Source of the DNA: an uncultured archaeon
GTDB lineage: Archaea; Thermoproteota; Bathyarchaeia; Bathyarchaeales; Bathycorpusculaceae
Length of the DNA: 64,000 nt
Assembly: GCA_963810275.1 (NCBI GenBank)
Contig: CAWENF010000004.1
Coordinates: 1-64,000 of the forward strand
Direction: 5' to 3'
In this document: in pieces, positions 48,914-59,858 of the stretch
Layout of the letters: each line of letters begins with the position of its first letter
How positions within the stretch are numbered: the first letter of the stretch is position 1
Notes under the pieces: model-generated
What the model was told of the DNA's origin: nothing
The model's input: only the letters and a program-made list of their open reading frames with translations
Database searches by the model: none
Translations under genes and position numbers: made by a program

Positions 48914-50197
48914 ATGAAAAAACAAATAATAAGTATCTTATGTTTGGCTATTATTGTATCTCCAATTTTCATGCAGATTGATGCCGTATCAAGTTACTCA
49001 GTCGATGATTGGCCTATGTTTCGAGGCAACCTCAATCACACTGGGGCTTCGTCTACGGCGCCTGCAACAACAAGCGATGTGCTTTGGCAATTAGATATGG
49101 GTATACCATTAGGTTCATCTGTTGCAATCGTTGATAGCAAAATTTATGTCGGAACAAACGCTGGCTCTGTCTATTGTATAGATGCAGCTGATGGCACTCA
49201 AGAATGGAAGATTAGCCTTAGTCAGTCATATCAAGCAGCTATAAGCTCCTCAATCGCGGTTGATAATAGTAAACTTTACTTTGGCTGCTATAATGGTGCA
49301 GTTTACTGTCTTGATGCAGAAACAGGTGAACAAATATGGTACTATGGAACCGATGACAGCATTCAGTCTTCGCCCGCAGTAGCAACCGGTCGAGTTTATA
49401 TTGGTTCTTGGGATGGAAAGGTATACTGTTTTGATGCAGATAACGGCTCTAAGTTATGGAATTACACTACAGGCGCCCTAGTAGACTCATCCCCCGCCGT
49501 TGTTGACGGTAAAGTGTATGTTGGCTCAGCTGATAGTAACGTGTATTGCTTAAGTGCAGATACAGGGGAAAAAATCTGGAGTTACGCAACAGGAAGCGTT
49601 ATACAATCTTCTCCCGCAGTTGTCGACGGCAAAGTCTACATCGGTTCTCATGACAATAATGTCTATTGCTTAAACGCTATAACTGGAGAAAAAATTTGGA
49701 GTTATCAAGAAAATGGATTGGTAGATTCTTCACCTGCTGTAGTTAATGGATATGTCTACGTCGGCTCGGGCGTGTTAGAAGATAACACTGATAAAAACGT
49801 CTACTGTTTAAACGCAGATACTGGCGAGAAAGTCTGGGAATACGAAACATATGACGGCGTTTATTCATCTCCAACTGTTGTTGGTAGTTATCTCTACGTC
49901 GGTGGCTGGGACAGTAACCTTTACTGCTTAAACGCTACAACTGGACAAAGTATATGGATATTTACAACTGGTCATAGCATAAGTGCTTCGCCATCAGTAT
50001 CAAATGGTGTTGTATACATTACTTCCTGGGACCATTATATCTATGCATTAGGAACACAAGTAAAATCAAATGCCTCTACTGAAATACCGTTTTGGGCAAT
50101 AGGTCTTGGGATAGTGGTTGTTGCAGCTGTGGCTGCGGCTTTAGCCTTTAATTTTGTAATTCGCAAGAAGCCGAAAACTGAGGAACCAAAAAGGTAA
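48914..50197 (+). CDS. PQQ-like beta-propeller surface protein with a C-terminal TM anchor
   Basis: Signal peptide, WPMFRG, about 8 repeats of SSPAVVDGKVYxGSxDxxVYCLxAxTGxxIW. Confidence 0.92.
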   Translation: MKKQIISILCLAIIVSPIFMQIDAVSSYSVDDWPMFRGNLNHTGASSTAPATTSDVLWQLDMGIPLGSSVAIVDSKIYVGTNAGSVYCIDAADGTQEWKISLSQSYQAAISSSIAVDNSKLYFGCYNGAVYCLDAETGEQIWYYGTDDSIQSSPAVATGRVYIGSWDGKVYCFDADNGSKLWNYTTGALVDSSPAVVDGKVYVGSADSNVYCLSADTGEKIWSYATGSVIQSSPAVVDGKVYIGSHDNNVYCLNAITGEKIWSYQENGLVDSSPAVVNGYVYVGSGVLEDNTDKNVYCLNADTGEKVWEYETYDGVYSSPTVVGSYLYVGGWDSNLYCLNATTGQSIWIFTTGHSISASPSVSNGVVYITSWDHYIYALGTQVKSNASTEIPFWAIGLGIVVVAAVAAALAFNFVIRKKPKTEEPKR

Positions 50198-50279
50198 CTT
50201 CGCTATATTCATCTTTTTTATTTTTGTTAGGCTATTCGAAAGGTAAAGAAAATCCAAAGATAAAAAGGCAGCTTAAAGC

Positions 50280-51287
50280 TTAAGCCCTTAGCGGCGCCAG
50301 ATACACAATGATTGCCAGAGCCGCCAGTAGAGTTGCCAGAAGGATTATGGAGTAGGTGGAGCGGCGTCTTGCTTCACCTTTTTTGTAGTAGCCGCTTGGC
50401 GACACCCCCATGATGCGCAACATAAGCGTGCAGCCGAACTCAAGTCCGAAAAGGTAAACTAATGTCAAAATTAAAGCACCAAAAAATGCAATTTCGTTAA
50501 GATTTGCGAGTTCTATACCTGCGACGGTTGCGGGGGGAACCAGCGCCACGGATATGACAACGCCCAGCAGATTCTCGGGTAACGCCACGCGGAAAGCCAA
50601 CCCCGCCGACACGCCGATGACTAAGGCAATGAACACATCCAGTATACTGACTTGGGAGCGTATTGCGATTTGCTCGTTGGATATCGGAACCGAAATGAAC
50701 TGCTGCGCCACAAACGTCGCCAGTGCGGACAGCACAACAACCAGAACTATAAGCACTAACACGGTGAATTGGCTTGTCAGAAGCTTTTTTGGTTTGCCCA
50801 AATTCCCGTTAACAGCTATGGCGTTGACGGGTCCAAGCATGGGGGGTATGAGCATACCGCCGATAATGATAACCACATTGTTTAGCAGTAGCCCAGCTAA
50901 TGCGATAAGTGTTGCAAGCGCCGTCATAGCCACCAAATCCACGCGTAGCCGCGTATAGCGGTTAGTGCTCTCAACCAGCTTCTCAGTGGGGTTAGGCGCT
51001 GACTGAGACTTTGAGGCTTTTTCTTTGAGTCTATCCATAAAACTCGAAGTTACGCCCTCAACAGCCAGCAGACTTATCATGTTTTTCTTCTGGCGTAAAT
51101 CAACAGCTGGCGTAACATGATCCAAGGTTTTTTCTGCTAATTCGTCGGGAACCAGCGCAGAGTAGCTACTGCATTCTTCCCCCTCAACGTCCACGCTTGT
51201 ATGCACGTAGAGTAAGCCAAGGTCTTTTAGGGTTTCTTCAATCAGCGGCGCCTCTTTTTGAATGACGATAACTTCGATTTTTTTCAA
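50280..51287 (-). CDS. TIGR00341/DUF389 family membrane protein
   Basis: IIGGMLIPPMLGP, LLGVVISVALVPPA. Confidence 0.85.
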   Translation of the reverse strand: MKKIEVIVIQKEAPLIEETLKDLGLLYVHTSVDVEGEECSSYSALVPDELAEKTLDHVTPAVDLRQKKNMISLLAVEGVTSSFMDRLKEKASKSQSAPNPTEKLVESTNRYTRLRVDLVAMTALATLIALAGLLLNNVVIIIGGMLIPPMLGPVNAIAVNGNLGKPKKLLTSQFTVLVLIVLVVVLSALATFVAQQFISVPISNEQIAIRSQVSILDVFIALVIGVSAGLAFRVALPENLLGVVISVALVPPATVAGIELANLNEIAFFGALILTLVYLFGLEFGCTLMLRIMGVSPSGYYKKGEARRRSTYSIILLATLLAALAIIVYLAPLRA

Positions 51288-51518
51288 AAAACATCACTAA
51301 AGAAGCTGGAAGTTTAATGACCAGAAATACCAAAATAGGACTCTCAAAGTAACATATATTTTTTTTCTTATAGTAGTGACCTGGTGGCTCTGCTTCCAAC
51401 ATACTAACTACAATAAGTAGGGAAGGGGAAGAATGTGCAATGGACAACAGAAGGCAGGCGAAATTGCTGTTTATAATACTAAAAAGATAAAACACACCCC
51501 AAACCCATACCGTAACTG

Positions 51519-54416
51519 ATGCAACCCCAAACCCCAAACGTTTACGCATTGCTCGCCAAACCTGTGCGGGACGCAGCCGCCCAACAGGGCCTAGTAGCGC
51601 CCACGTTGCCCCAAACCAAAGCCTTCCCACATATCCTCAACGGTGAAAACGTCTTGCTGATTGCGCCAACGGGCACAGGAAAAACCGAAGCCGTAATACT
51701 CCCAATTCTATCCAAACTGGTAGAACAGAAAGCGGAAAGCCCCCAACCCATCGGTATTCAGCTCCTTTACATCACTCCGCTGCGCGCCCTAAACCGCGAC
51801 ATGCTACGGCGGCTTATGCACTGGGGACAACAACTCAGCATCGGCGTGGAGGTCAGGCATGGTGACACCGAACAAAAAATCAGGCGCCTACAAGCCAAAA
51901 AACCACCCCAAATCCTCGTAACTACACCTGAAACCCTCCAAGCGATTCTTCCCGGACAGCAAATGCGCCGACACCTCAAAAATGTACAATGGGTGGTTGT
52001 GGACGAAGTTCACGACTTAGCTGGCAGCAAACGAGGCGCACAACTCTCGCTGGGACTGGAGCGGCTACGTATGGCAACGGCGAGTGAGTTCCAGCGCATC
52101 GGACTTTCAGCCACAATCGGCAACCCAAAAGAAATCGCCGCTTACCTTGCTGGAAGCCGCCGCAGAATCGCCGTCGTCAAAGTCTCAACAGAGAAGTGCT
52201 ACCGCTACACCGTAGAGTTCCCCACGCCAACAGACGCAGACTACGATTTAGCCGCCAAACTCGATGCTTCACCCGAAGCAGCAGCACGCATACACCGCAT
52301 CCTCGAACTTGTTGACTCGCACGTTTCCACATTAATTTTCGTTAACAGCCGCACGGTCGCCGAAGTACTCGGTCACAAACTGGCAACGCTGGGACGAGAG
52401 GATATTGCAGTGCATCATGGCTCTATCTCAAAAGAGGAACGTATCCAAATCGAGGACCAATTCAAAGCTGGGCAACTAAAAGCCATCATCTGCACGAGTA
52501 CGCTGGAGCTGGGTATCGACGTGGGGCAGGTGGATTTGGTGGTGCAGTACATGTCACCCCGCCAAGTTAGCAGTCTTGTTCAGCGGGTTGGACGAAGCGG
52601 ACACAGTCTTGGGCGTGAGTCAGAGGGTGTAATCGTAACGGTGTATCCTGACGATATGCTTGAGGCGTTGGCGTCAGTTAAGAACGCTAAAGCGGGGCTG
52701 GTGGAACCCATTGGGATGCATACTGGCGCGTTGGATGTTTTGGCGCATCAAATTGCTGGCACCCTGATGGATAGCGGGGACCCCCTAACCGTAGCGGAAA
52801 TAGGCACTCTCGTGCGCAGAAGCAGCCTCTACCGCCGCTTCTCCAAAACCCAGTTTTTGGACCTACTGCGCTTTTTAGACAGCCTCAACCAAATAAGATT
52901 AAACGAAGACGAGACAGTTTTGACTAAAACCAGAAAAACCCGACCCTACTACTATGAAAACCTATCAATGATACCAGATGAACGCCGCTACCCCGTCATA
53001 AACGTCATATCTGATTGCAAAATCGGCACTCTCGGAGACGAATTCATGGCTCTCCACGCCCGAATCGGATTGAGTTTTATCATGAAGGGCAAGGTTTGGC
53101 GTATTGTGCAGATCGAGGAGGAAGTGGGCATTGTTCATGTGGTGCCGTCTGAGGATCCGTTGGCGTCGGTTCCGGGTTGGGACGGCGAACTACTGCCTGT
53201 GTCTTTTGATTTGGCGCAACAAACCGGTAAGGATAGAGAAAAAATCGCTGCCACACTAAACCAGACGGGCTCAATGGAAGTAGCGTCGGAGATATTGTCT
53301 AAAGAGTTAGGTTCAGATAAAGCCAGCATGCAAAACGCCATCGCTGAAATACACGAACAAATCCAAAACAGTGCTCCTCTGCCCACACAAAACCACATTG
53401 TTTTAGAAGTCTATGACCGCTATCTCGTCGTACACGCCTGTTTTGGCGAACTTGTAAACAAAGCCTTGGGCGGAGTCTTCGACGCAGTGCTCTCTGAGCG
53501 GGAATTGATAAGCGGTTGGTGGACAGACGGCTACCGCATCCTAATTGAAGCCCCCAAAAAACTTAACAAATACGAACTCGCCAAGCTACCCGAAACACTC
53601 TTCAACCTATCCGACGATTTATTCGATGCCGCTTTCAACCGCTATCTTGACGCTAAATTCCCGTTTGGGTACAAAATGAAGTTTGTGGCAGAACGCTTCG
53701 GCGCCCTCCCACGGGGTAAAACGATGAGTTACCAGCGCCAAGCCGAACTCAAATCTCGTTTCGACAACACACCTATTCACCGCGAAACCATCCGCGAGGC
53801 GCTCATGGAAAAAGTTGACCTTGAAAAAGCCAAACAAGTCCTACACGGCATATCAGCAGGTAAAATCAAAGTCTCCACCTACCTAAGCCTCGAGAAGCCC
53901 TCACCATTAGCGTACCACATTTTGTCACGTTACAGTGAAGTCACCGAACTCAAGGCGCCCGAAAAAGTCATAGTGGACAACATTGGCAAACTTAAAATGG
54001 CTATAGACGCTCGAGAAGTCAAGCTGCTATGCATGAAGTGCGGCGAATGGACGACAACGCAGAAAATCCGTGACCTTCCCGAGGAACCCTGCTGCGGGAA
54101 CTGCGGATCAGGACTTTTGGCGCCTTTGTACCGCAGCCAAGACCTCGCTCACCTGCAGGATTCTTTGAAGCGACGGCGGGACGCTAAAGAGCTAACACCC
54201 GAAGAACTAAAAGAGCTTAGCCAAGCACGACGCAAAGCGGATTTGTTTTTAAGTTACGGCAAACAGGCGGCTCGTGCGATGCAGGTTAAGGGCGTGGGTC
54301 CAGAGACGGCGTCGCGAATACTGGGCAAGATGCATCCCGACGAGGATACGTTCTATTTGGATTTGCTTAAGGCAAAGATTCAGTTTTTGCGAACAAGAGA
54401 ATACTGGGATAAATAG
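51519..54416 (+). CDS. lhr: Lhr-family SF2 helicase
   Basis: APTGTGKTE, TPLRALNRD, DEVH, TSTLELGID, QRVGRSGH; C-terminal Zn finger and HhH. Confidence 0.93.
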   Translation: MQPQTPNVYALLAKPVRDAAAQQGLVAPTLPQTKAFPHILNGENVLLIAPTGTGKTEAVILPILSKLVEQKAESPQPIGIQLLYITPLRALNRDMLRRLMHWGQQLSIGVEVRHGDTEQKIRRLQAKKPPQILVTTPETLQAILPGQQMRRHLKNVQWVVVDEVHDLAGSKRGAQLSLGLERLRMATASEFQRIGLSATIGNPKEIAAYLAGSRRRIAVVKVSTEKCYRYTVEFPTPTDADYDLAAKLDASPEAAARIHRILELVDSHVSTLIFVNSRTVAEVLGHKLATLGREDIAVHHGSISKEERIQIEDQFKAGQLKAIICTSTLELGIDVGQVDLVVQYMSPRQVSSLVQRVGRSGHSLGRESEGVIVTVYPDDMLEALASVKNAKAGLVEPIGMHTGALDVLAHQIAGTLMDSGDPLTVAEIGTLVRRSSLYRRFSKTQFLDLLRFLDSLNQIRLNEDETVLTKTRKTRPYYYENLSMIPDERRYPVINVISDCKIGTLGDEFMALHARIGLSFIMKGKVWRIVQIEEEVGIVHVVPSEDPLASVPGWDGELLPVSFDLAQQTGKDREKIAATLNQTGSMEVASEILSKELGSDKASMQNAIAEIHEQIQNSAPLPTQNHIVLEVYDRYLVVHACFGELVNKALGGVFDAVLSERELISGWWTDGYRILIEAPKKLNKYELAKLPETLFNLSDDLFDAAFNRYLDAKFPFGYKMKFVAERFGALPRGKTMSYQRQAELKSRFDNTPIHRETIREALMEKVDLEKAKQVLHGISAGKIKVSTYLSLEKPSPLAYHILSRYSEVTELKAPEKVIVDNIGKLKMAIDAREVKLLCMKCGEWTTTQKIRDLPEEPCCGNCGSGLLAPLYRSQDLAHLQDSLKRRRDAKELTPEELKELSQARRKADLFLSYGKQAARAMQVKGVGPETASRILGKMHPDEDTFYLDLLKAKIQFLRTREYWDK

Positions 54417-54475
54417 CTGGGTTTGTGCGATAAGGATTTTAAGGTTTCAACCCGTTTACTGTTAAGGAACCTTTC

Positions 54476-55201
54476 ATGTCCATCAAAGTTGTCCTCTTCG
54501 ACATGTTCGATACACTTATGCTTATTGAGAAAGACCACGAATTTTACCAGCCTGCTCTTCAACGCGCCCACCACTACCTACAAAACCATGGTGTGACAGT
54601 GGCTTACGAGCGGTTCCAAGCAGTATACATAGAGGAGCGAGACAAGCTCTATGCCCAAGCGGACGCCAAACTTGAGGAACCCCACTTTAACGTCCGCTTC
54701 GCCAAAACGCTACAGAAACTCGGCTACAACTATGACGACCAAGACCCTGTTGTGGCTGCGGCGACTTGCGAGTTCGGCGATGAATTCAGCAAATACGTTA
54801 AAATAGACGAGAACGCAGCTGCCACGCTCGAGGTGCTTAGCGGCAAGTTCCGGCTGGGTTTAGTCTCAAACTTTGCCATCCCCGAAACTGTAGATAAACT
54901 CCTAAAAGTCGCCGGCATCTACCGCTACTTTGATGTCCTTGTGGTTTCGGGGGCAGTTAACAAACGCAAACCCCACCCCCGAATATTCCAAGCTGCTCTT
55001 GAACCCTTGGGTGTTGAGGCGGCAGAGGCAGTTTTTGTAGGTGACACTGTGGACGCTGACGTGGAAGGCCCTAAAGCAGTCGGCATGCACGCCATCTACA
55101 TTGAACGTCGAACCCAGAAAATAGAAAAGTCAGTCCCTGACAAAATAATCAAAACGCTTTCAGAGTTGCCTTTGGCAATTAGTAGCTTAACTGAAAATTA
55201 G
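54476..55201 (+). CDS. HAD-superfamily hydrolase
   Basis: FDMFDTL, VSN, KPHPRIF, VGDTVDADV. Confidence 0.92.
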   Translation: MSIKVVLFDMFDTLMLIEKDHEFYQPALQRAHHYLQNHGVTVAYERFQAVYIEERDKLYAQADAKLEEPHFNVRFAKTLQKLGYNYDDQDPVVAAATCEFGDEFSKYVKIDENAAATLEVLSGKFRLGLVSNFAIPETVDKLLKVAGIYRYFDVLVVSGAVNKRKPHPRIFQAALEPLGVEAAEAVFVGDTVDADVEGPKAVGMHAIYIERRTQKIEKSVPDKIIKTLSELPLAISSLTEN

Positions 55202-55530
55202 AATACGCTTGATTTCTTATCTGAGTTTTTCCCTATGAGTTTTAGGAGTTCTCGATGGGTTTGGAGGTAATCCATGCCTTTTTGGGTGATTTCGTATATT
55301 TCTTTGTCGTGGATGACTATTTGGGTGATTAGTTCTTTCTTTATAAGAAAATCGAGGTAACCGTTTAGTAGGGTGTAGCTTAGGTTTGCTTGGTACATGA
55401 TCTGAGTTTTGAGGGCGCCTTTTTTTGAGATTTCAAGCATTTTGGCAATTATGCTTACTTGATCTCTTCTGTGACGTTTTGTATCGAGCAAATCCTGTGT
55501 GCACCGATATATGCCAAATCGTACGGACAT
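55198..55530 (-). CDS. Winged-helix DNA-binding protein (archaeal HTH_45-like)
   Basis: RRDQVSIIAKML..KTQIMYQANLSY..YEITQKG. Confidence 0.88.
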   Translation of the reverse strand: MSVRFGIYRCTQDLLDTKRHRRDQVSIIAKMLEISKKGALKTQIMYQANLSYTLLNGYLDFLIKKELITQIVIHDKEIYEITQKGMDYLQTHRELLKLIGKNSDKKSSVF

Positions 55531-55663
55531 TACTTATATATTTTTCATTAGATATAATATGGCTAAGCAAAAGCATGATCTATTTTTTAATGTGTCTATA
55601 TATAATGGATTTTCCCTGTTCATATTATGAAGAAAACCTTTAGTAATAATAAATGGTGAAAAA

Positions 55664-56161
55664 ATGTTAATTGGCACAGTATCTGACTCACACGACAACC
55701 TTCCCCTTATTGACCGAGCAGTCCAAATTCTAAACATCTACAAAACAGACTTGGTACTACACGCAGGCGACTACGTCTCACCCTTCACAATTTCCCACTT
55801 TGCCAAACTCAACTGCCCCTTAATCGGCGTGTTCGGAAACAACGATGGCGACCACGCATTTTTAAAACAACGCTTCAGCGAAACCAAAAATTGTACGCTA
55901 CATGAACGGTTCACAACCCTAAACGTAGAAGGCTACAAAATCGCTCTGCTGCACGGACACGAAACTGAACTTTTAAACACTATAATCGAAGCAGGAACTT
56001 TCAACGCCGTCGTACATGGTCATAGCCACAACAAAGGCATTTCTCAAGTAGGAAAAACATTGACAGTGAACCCTGGCGAACTTTGTGGGTACCTCACTGG
56101 AAAATCCACTGTTGCAGTGCTGGATACCTCTAGAAACGTAGCCCAAATTGTTGAACTTTAA
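55664..56161 (+). CDS. YfcE/MJ0936-family metallophosphoesterase
   Basis: SDSHDN, HAGD, GNND, HGHSH, NPG. Confidence 0.92.
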   Translation: MLIGTVSDSHDNLPLIDRAVQILNIYKTDLVLHAGDYVSPFTISHFAKLNCPLIGVFGNNDGDHAFLKQRFSETKNCTLHERFTTLNVEGYKIALLHGHETELLNTIIEAGTFNAVVHGHSHNKGISQVGKTLTVNPGELCGYLTGKSTVAVLDTSRNVAQIVEL

Positions 56162-56386
56162 AGCTGTGTTTCTGTAAAGTTTCAGTCACATAGCTTTATG
56201 TAAACAGCATACCCTTACGGACCACAGTAGCATTTGGAGAATGGCTGTTTCGGTTCGAAACCTTGAAAACAAAAAGGCAAAATGACTGTTGAGAAAGCTG
56301 CACACATGAGTGGGCATAAAGTTAATAAGCTTGTTGAAGAAGCAAATCGCACGAACAGGAATGACCCTAAGAAGGTTCTAAATGAT

Positions 56387-56656
56387 TCATGGGTTTTCCC
56401 ACGTCTCGATAAGCGCTACCACGGCTTTGGCCCTAGCTGAGTCGCTGAAGCGGTACATATGTACGCGGCCGTACACCCGCACCTCCAGTATCCCTTCGGT
56501 TTCCAAAATTTTTAGGTGCTCCGCGGTTGCTGAGTAGTTCATATTTATTTTGCTAGCGATTTTTGAAACGTTTAGCTGTTGCAAAGTGTAGATTAACTTA
56601 AGAATTCTCATGCGGGGCTTAGACGAGAAGACCTCTTCAATCTCCACGCCCAGCAC
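56387..56656 (-). CDS. Small winged-helix protein coupled to cdc6
   Basis: FSSKPRMRILKL..LNVSKIA..HLKILETEGIL..GRVHMYRF. Confidence 0.85.
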   Translation of the reverse strand: MLGVEIEEVFSSKPRMRILKLIYTLQQLNVSKIASKINMNYSATAEHLKILETEGILEVRVYGRVHMYRFSDSARAKAVVALIETWENP

Positions 56657-57851
56657 CTTTCTCTCTTTCCAGATTCGCCGCCATTTCCCGCTCCAACTCC
56701 ACAGATGGAATCGTGGGTAAACTAATGCGGTTAGTGCGTCCTCGCGACTCCGAAGCGCCTACTTCAGTTTTTAAAACCCCGAGTTTGTCAAGATACTGTA
56801 CGTAATTCCAGATTTGCGTGTGACTTTTAGTGGACTCCTCAAATTCCTCGCAGACTACACCATAAGCTTTCTCTGCTTCGCCAATGCTGACGTAGGCTTC
56901 AGGGTTCTCTTTAAAGTACCGTGCGATTGCGAGCAGGAATAGTTTTTCGTGGAAACTCAACGAGGCGAGTTCGCTGCGACGCAGTGTGGGGACAATGGCT
57001 GAGACTGCGTTTCGGACGCATTCAGCCGCCACCGCCGATAAGTCGGCTGCATCGGCGTATTTACCCGCTCGCCATAACAACTCGATGCCGAAGCGTGCGT
57101 TGCCCGTCTCCGAGTGTGCCAACTCAGCCACCAAATCTACCACGTCATCGTCTACTGTGCCCAACTCGAACGCTAAAGCGACGCGACAGTTTAGGATATC
57201 AATAAGCTGGGGTTTGCCATAGCGTTCCAACCGGATGATACTTCTTTGCAGTGTACTTTGGGCGCTTTCGTCAAGCTTCCTAATAGCCTCCAAGTTGCGC
57301 ATGATAAAAATGAACGAGAGGCGCTGAGGTTTGCCCTGCCGCATCTCTGACAGCCTCGTCAACTTGTAAACCGCGTCTGAGCCTTCTTTTTCGATTAGGC
57401 TGTCAAACTCGTCCAGCGCAAGAACCATCGTTGCCTCTTCCTCATCAAGCACTTGCATTAGAGTGCCCATGATTTCTTCAGCACCATATCCGCGTGCAGG
57501 GAAGTTTGGGCGAAACACAGAAACCGCTCTATGCATAATGGGCTGCAGGGCGCCGCGAAATTCGCGACAATTAACATGTACATAATTAAATTTTTGTCCT
57601 CTACGTCGAGACTGCGAAGTCAGATCTGCACCGAAATGCTGCGCCAACGCCGTTTTGCCTGTACCAACATCACCCGTCAAAATCACTCGTTGCGCCATAC
57701 GGTCGGGACAATGCAATACGAACCCGAAAAACTCCATTAGAAGACGTTGTTCTTTTTCGCGGTGCGGCAGCTCTGCTGGAATGTAGTTTATGTCCAGTTT
57801 CGATTCATCTTTGAATACAGTTTGGCGCGCTGCCACTTTTATGGTCTCCAT
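56637..57851 (-). CDS. cdc6: Orc1/Cdc6 family AAA+ protein
   Basis: YIPAELPHRE, GDVGTGKT, VNC, LDEFD, GNARFGI, C-terminal WH. Confidence 0.93.
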   Translation of the reverse strand: METIKVAARQTVFKDESKLDINYIPAELPHREKEQRLLMEFFGFVLHCPDRMAQRVILTGDVGTGKTALAQHFGADLTSQSRRRGQKFNYVHVNCREFRGALQPIMHRAVSVFRPNFPARGYGAEEIMGTLMQVLDEEEATMVLALDEFDSLIEKEGSDAVYKLTRLSEMRQGKPQRLSFIFIMRNLEAIRKLDESAQSTLQRSIIRLERYGKPQLIDILNCRVALAFELGTVDDDVVDLVAELAHSETGNARFGIELLWRAGKYADAADLSAVAAECVRNAVSAIVPTLRRSELASLSFHEKLFLLAIARYFKENPEAYVSIGEAEKAYGVVCEEFEESTKSHTQIWNYVQYLDKLGVLKTEVGASESRGRTNRISLPTIPSVELEREMAANLEREKGAGRGD

Positions 57852-58205
57852 GATAGCTGTTGCAGTTTGGTTATTTTACGTTTTGGAATTCAAGAACCTT
57901 TTAGGCTTAGCAACCCCAGATTAAGGTGGGGTGTAACCTTTATAACTGCAACAGCTGAATTGATGAAGCAAACAGGCAAACCCTTTACATGTGATACGGC
58001 TATGTATACGATGTTTGATTGGGTCCCAGAGATTTTGTCGCTTACCCTGAACAATCCAAGCTAAGGTAACGAGTAACCCGCCCCGCAACCCTAATCTACC
58101 ATGTTTTGGTATCTACAAAACGTTTCTAGACCGTCAAATTTGAGTGTGATTTCTAAACAAAACACTAATAAATGAATACTGCAATCCATATTTTCCGACA
58201 CAGCA

Positions 58206-58772
58206 ATGATACCGAAATATTTCTTTTTCACAAAAGGTGTTGGTAAACACAAAGAACAACTCCAATCATTCGAACTCGCACTACGCGACGCAGGCATCCA
58301 GCATTGTAACCTAGTCAGCGTGTCCAGTATCGTGCCTCCAGGCTGCAAACTTGTCACCCGCGAAAAAGGACTAGAAATGATTCACCCAGGCGAAATCACC
58401 TTTGTGGTCATTGCACGTAACGCAACTAACGAACCTCACCGTCTGGTAGCTTCCTCTATCGGCGTAGCTATTCCATCTGGCAAAAACCAGTACGGCTACC
58501 TGTCTGAGCACCACAGCTTTGGACAAACCGACGAAACAGCAGGCGACTACGCTGAAGACCTCGCAGCCACAATGTTAGCCACTACAATGGGCATTCAATT
58601 CGATCCCGAAACAGCATGGGATGAACGCAAAAAAATCTTCAAAACCACCGGTTTAATCATAAAAACCGACAACACCACCCAATCTGCTGCAGGCGACAAG
58701 AATGGACTTTGGACCACCACAGTTGCAGCAGCGGTACTTGTTCCTCCAGAAAACGGAGAAATAAAAGATTAA
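58206..58772 (+). CDS. pdaD: Pyruvoyl-dependent arginine decarboxylase
   Basis: [29 protein letters not shown]. Confidence 0.93.
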   Translation: MIPKYFFFTKGVGKHKEQLQSFELALRDAGIQHCNLVSVSSIVPPGCKLVTREKGLEMIHPGEITFVVIARNATNEPHRLVASSIGVAIPSGKNQYGYLSEHHSFGQTDETAGDYAEDLAATMLATTMGIQFDPETAWDERKKIFKTTGLIIKTDNTTQSAAGDKNGLWTTTVAAAVLVPPENGEIKD

Positions 58773-58789
58773 AAAGAAAAGACAAACTA

Positions 58790-58818
58790 AGCAAGTCTTT
58801 GGGACTTGCTAATTTTCT
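58790..58818 (+). terminator. Hairpin plus T-tract after pdaD
   Basis: AGCAAGTC-tttgg-GACTTGCT followed by aattttct. Confidence 0.5.
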
Positions 58819-59011
58819 CAGCCTTTAATATATCGTTTTCTTGTAGCTGTTTATTCTTTCAAATTCCATACATAAATATGCTGGAAATTCTTTTGACCTA
58901 TGAAAGGTTCCATTGCTCGATGCTTTTACACCGTCTTTTTTGTTTCCTTGGCAGTGAAGCGGGGATTAATACAATCCAAAGATGATACATACAAAATAAC
59001 TGGTATTCTTG

Positions 59012-59797
59012 TTAATTTAAATGGAAGAATGATTCCAATCTTGAGTTTTCGGCTTTCTTCAGTACTTTTGCGCATTCTTTGGGGTTTAAGGCTTTAAACT
59101 CCAGTCCCATCTGTTCTAGTATCCGTTGCACGTCTTTACCTAGCGCTGGCGCCACGAGGACTGCGCGAACCGGCTTTGTGGCTTTCGCTTTAATCGGCTC
59201 AATGTACTTTGCCAATTGGAGGGCTGCTTCTTTAGATGCAGTTCTGCGCTTCACCTCGACGATTACAAGTTTGCCGTTCTTATCTTCGCCGTATATGTCT
59301 ACGAAGCCGGGTTCCACATGCTTCTCCCAGCTAATCGGCTTAAACCCTTCCTCAAGCAGCGACGGCTTAAGCAGAATCGCCCTGTGCATGTCATCTTCAC
59401 TGGCGTGCAACGTAAATTCGCCGCTGTCTTGAAGATTTAGAGCGGTTACTCCAATGATGGTTTTAAATGTGACTTTTACGCTTTCGCGGGGCTTCTGGCG
59501 AACCCCATGAACTTCAAGTGTGCCATCTTTGATTTCTACATGGAACACGCTGCCGCTGGGCTGCCAATTCACCGGTTCATACCCTACAGGGCGATGCACA
59601 AGCAGGCTGCCATCAGATTTCACAATTAGCAGCCGTTCACCATACTCTAACGTCGAGTTTGCCCGACCAGCATAAACCACTCTGCACTCGCCAGCAACCA
59701 CCAGTGTTCTGCGTTGCGCAATCGTTTTTTCGATGTTTACTGCTGCTTCAGCTAACTCGGGATGTGTTAAACATGCAACTTTGTTGCTTACCGCCAA
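59012..59797 (-). CDS. nucS: Endonuclease NucS (EndoMS)
   Basis: YAGRA, KSDGSLLVH, PVNWQP, VDIYGED..IVEVKR, QLAKY; likely TTG start at 59797. Confidence 0.93.
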   Translation of the reverse strand: MAVSNKVACLTHPELAEAAVNIEKTIAQRRTLVVAGECRVVYAGRANSTLEYGERLLIVKSDGSLLVHRPVGYEPVNWQPSGSVFHVEIKDGTLEVHGVRQKPRESVKVTFKTIIGVTALNLQDSGEFTLHASEDDMHRAILLKPSLLEEGFKPISWEKHVEPGFVDIYGEDKNGKLVIVEVKRRTASKEAALQLAKYIEPIKAKATKPVRAVLVAPALGKDVQRILEQMGLEFKALNPKECAKVLKKAENSRLESFFHLN

Positions 59798-59858
59798 ATT
59801 GATGCGCCACCTATTTAGGATGCATTGAGGGTACATAAGATTTCTTGAGGTAAACAAG

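Noticed and set aside
49100-50060. Periodic repeats as a CRISPR array or DGR
   Set aside because: They are degenerate in-frame beta-propeller repeats with no spacers, cas genes or reverse transcriptase.
57852-58205. Replication origin next to cdc6
   Set aside because: No repeated ORB (TTCCAGTGGAAAC-like with G-string) or clear unwinding element seen.
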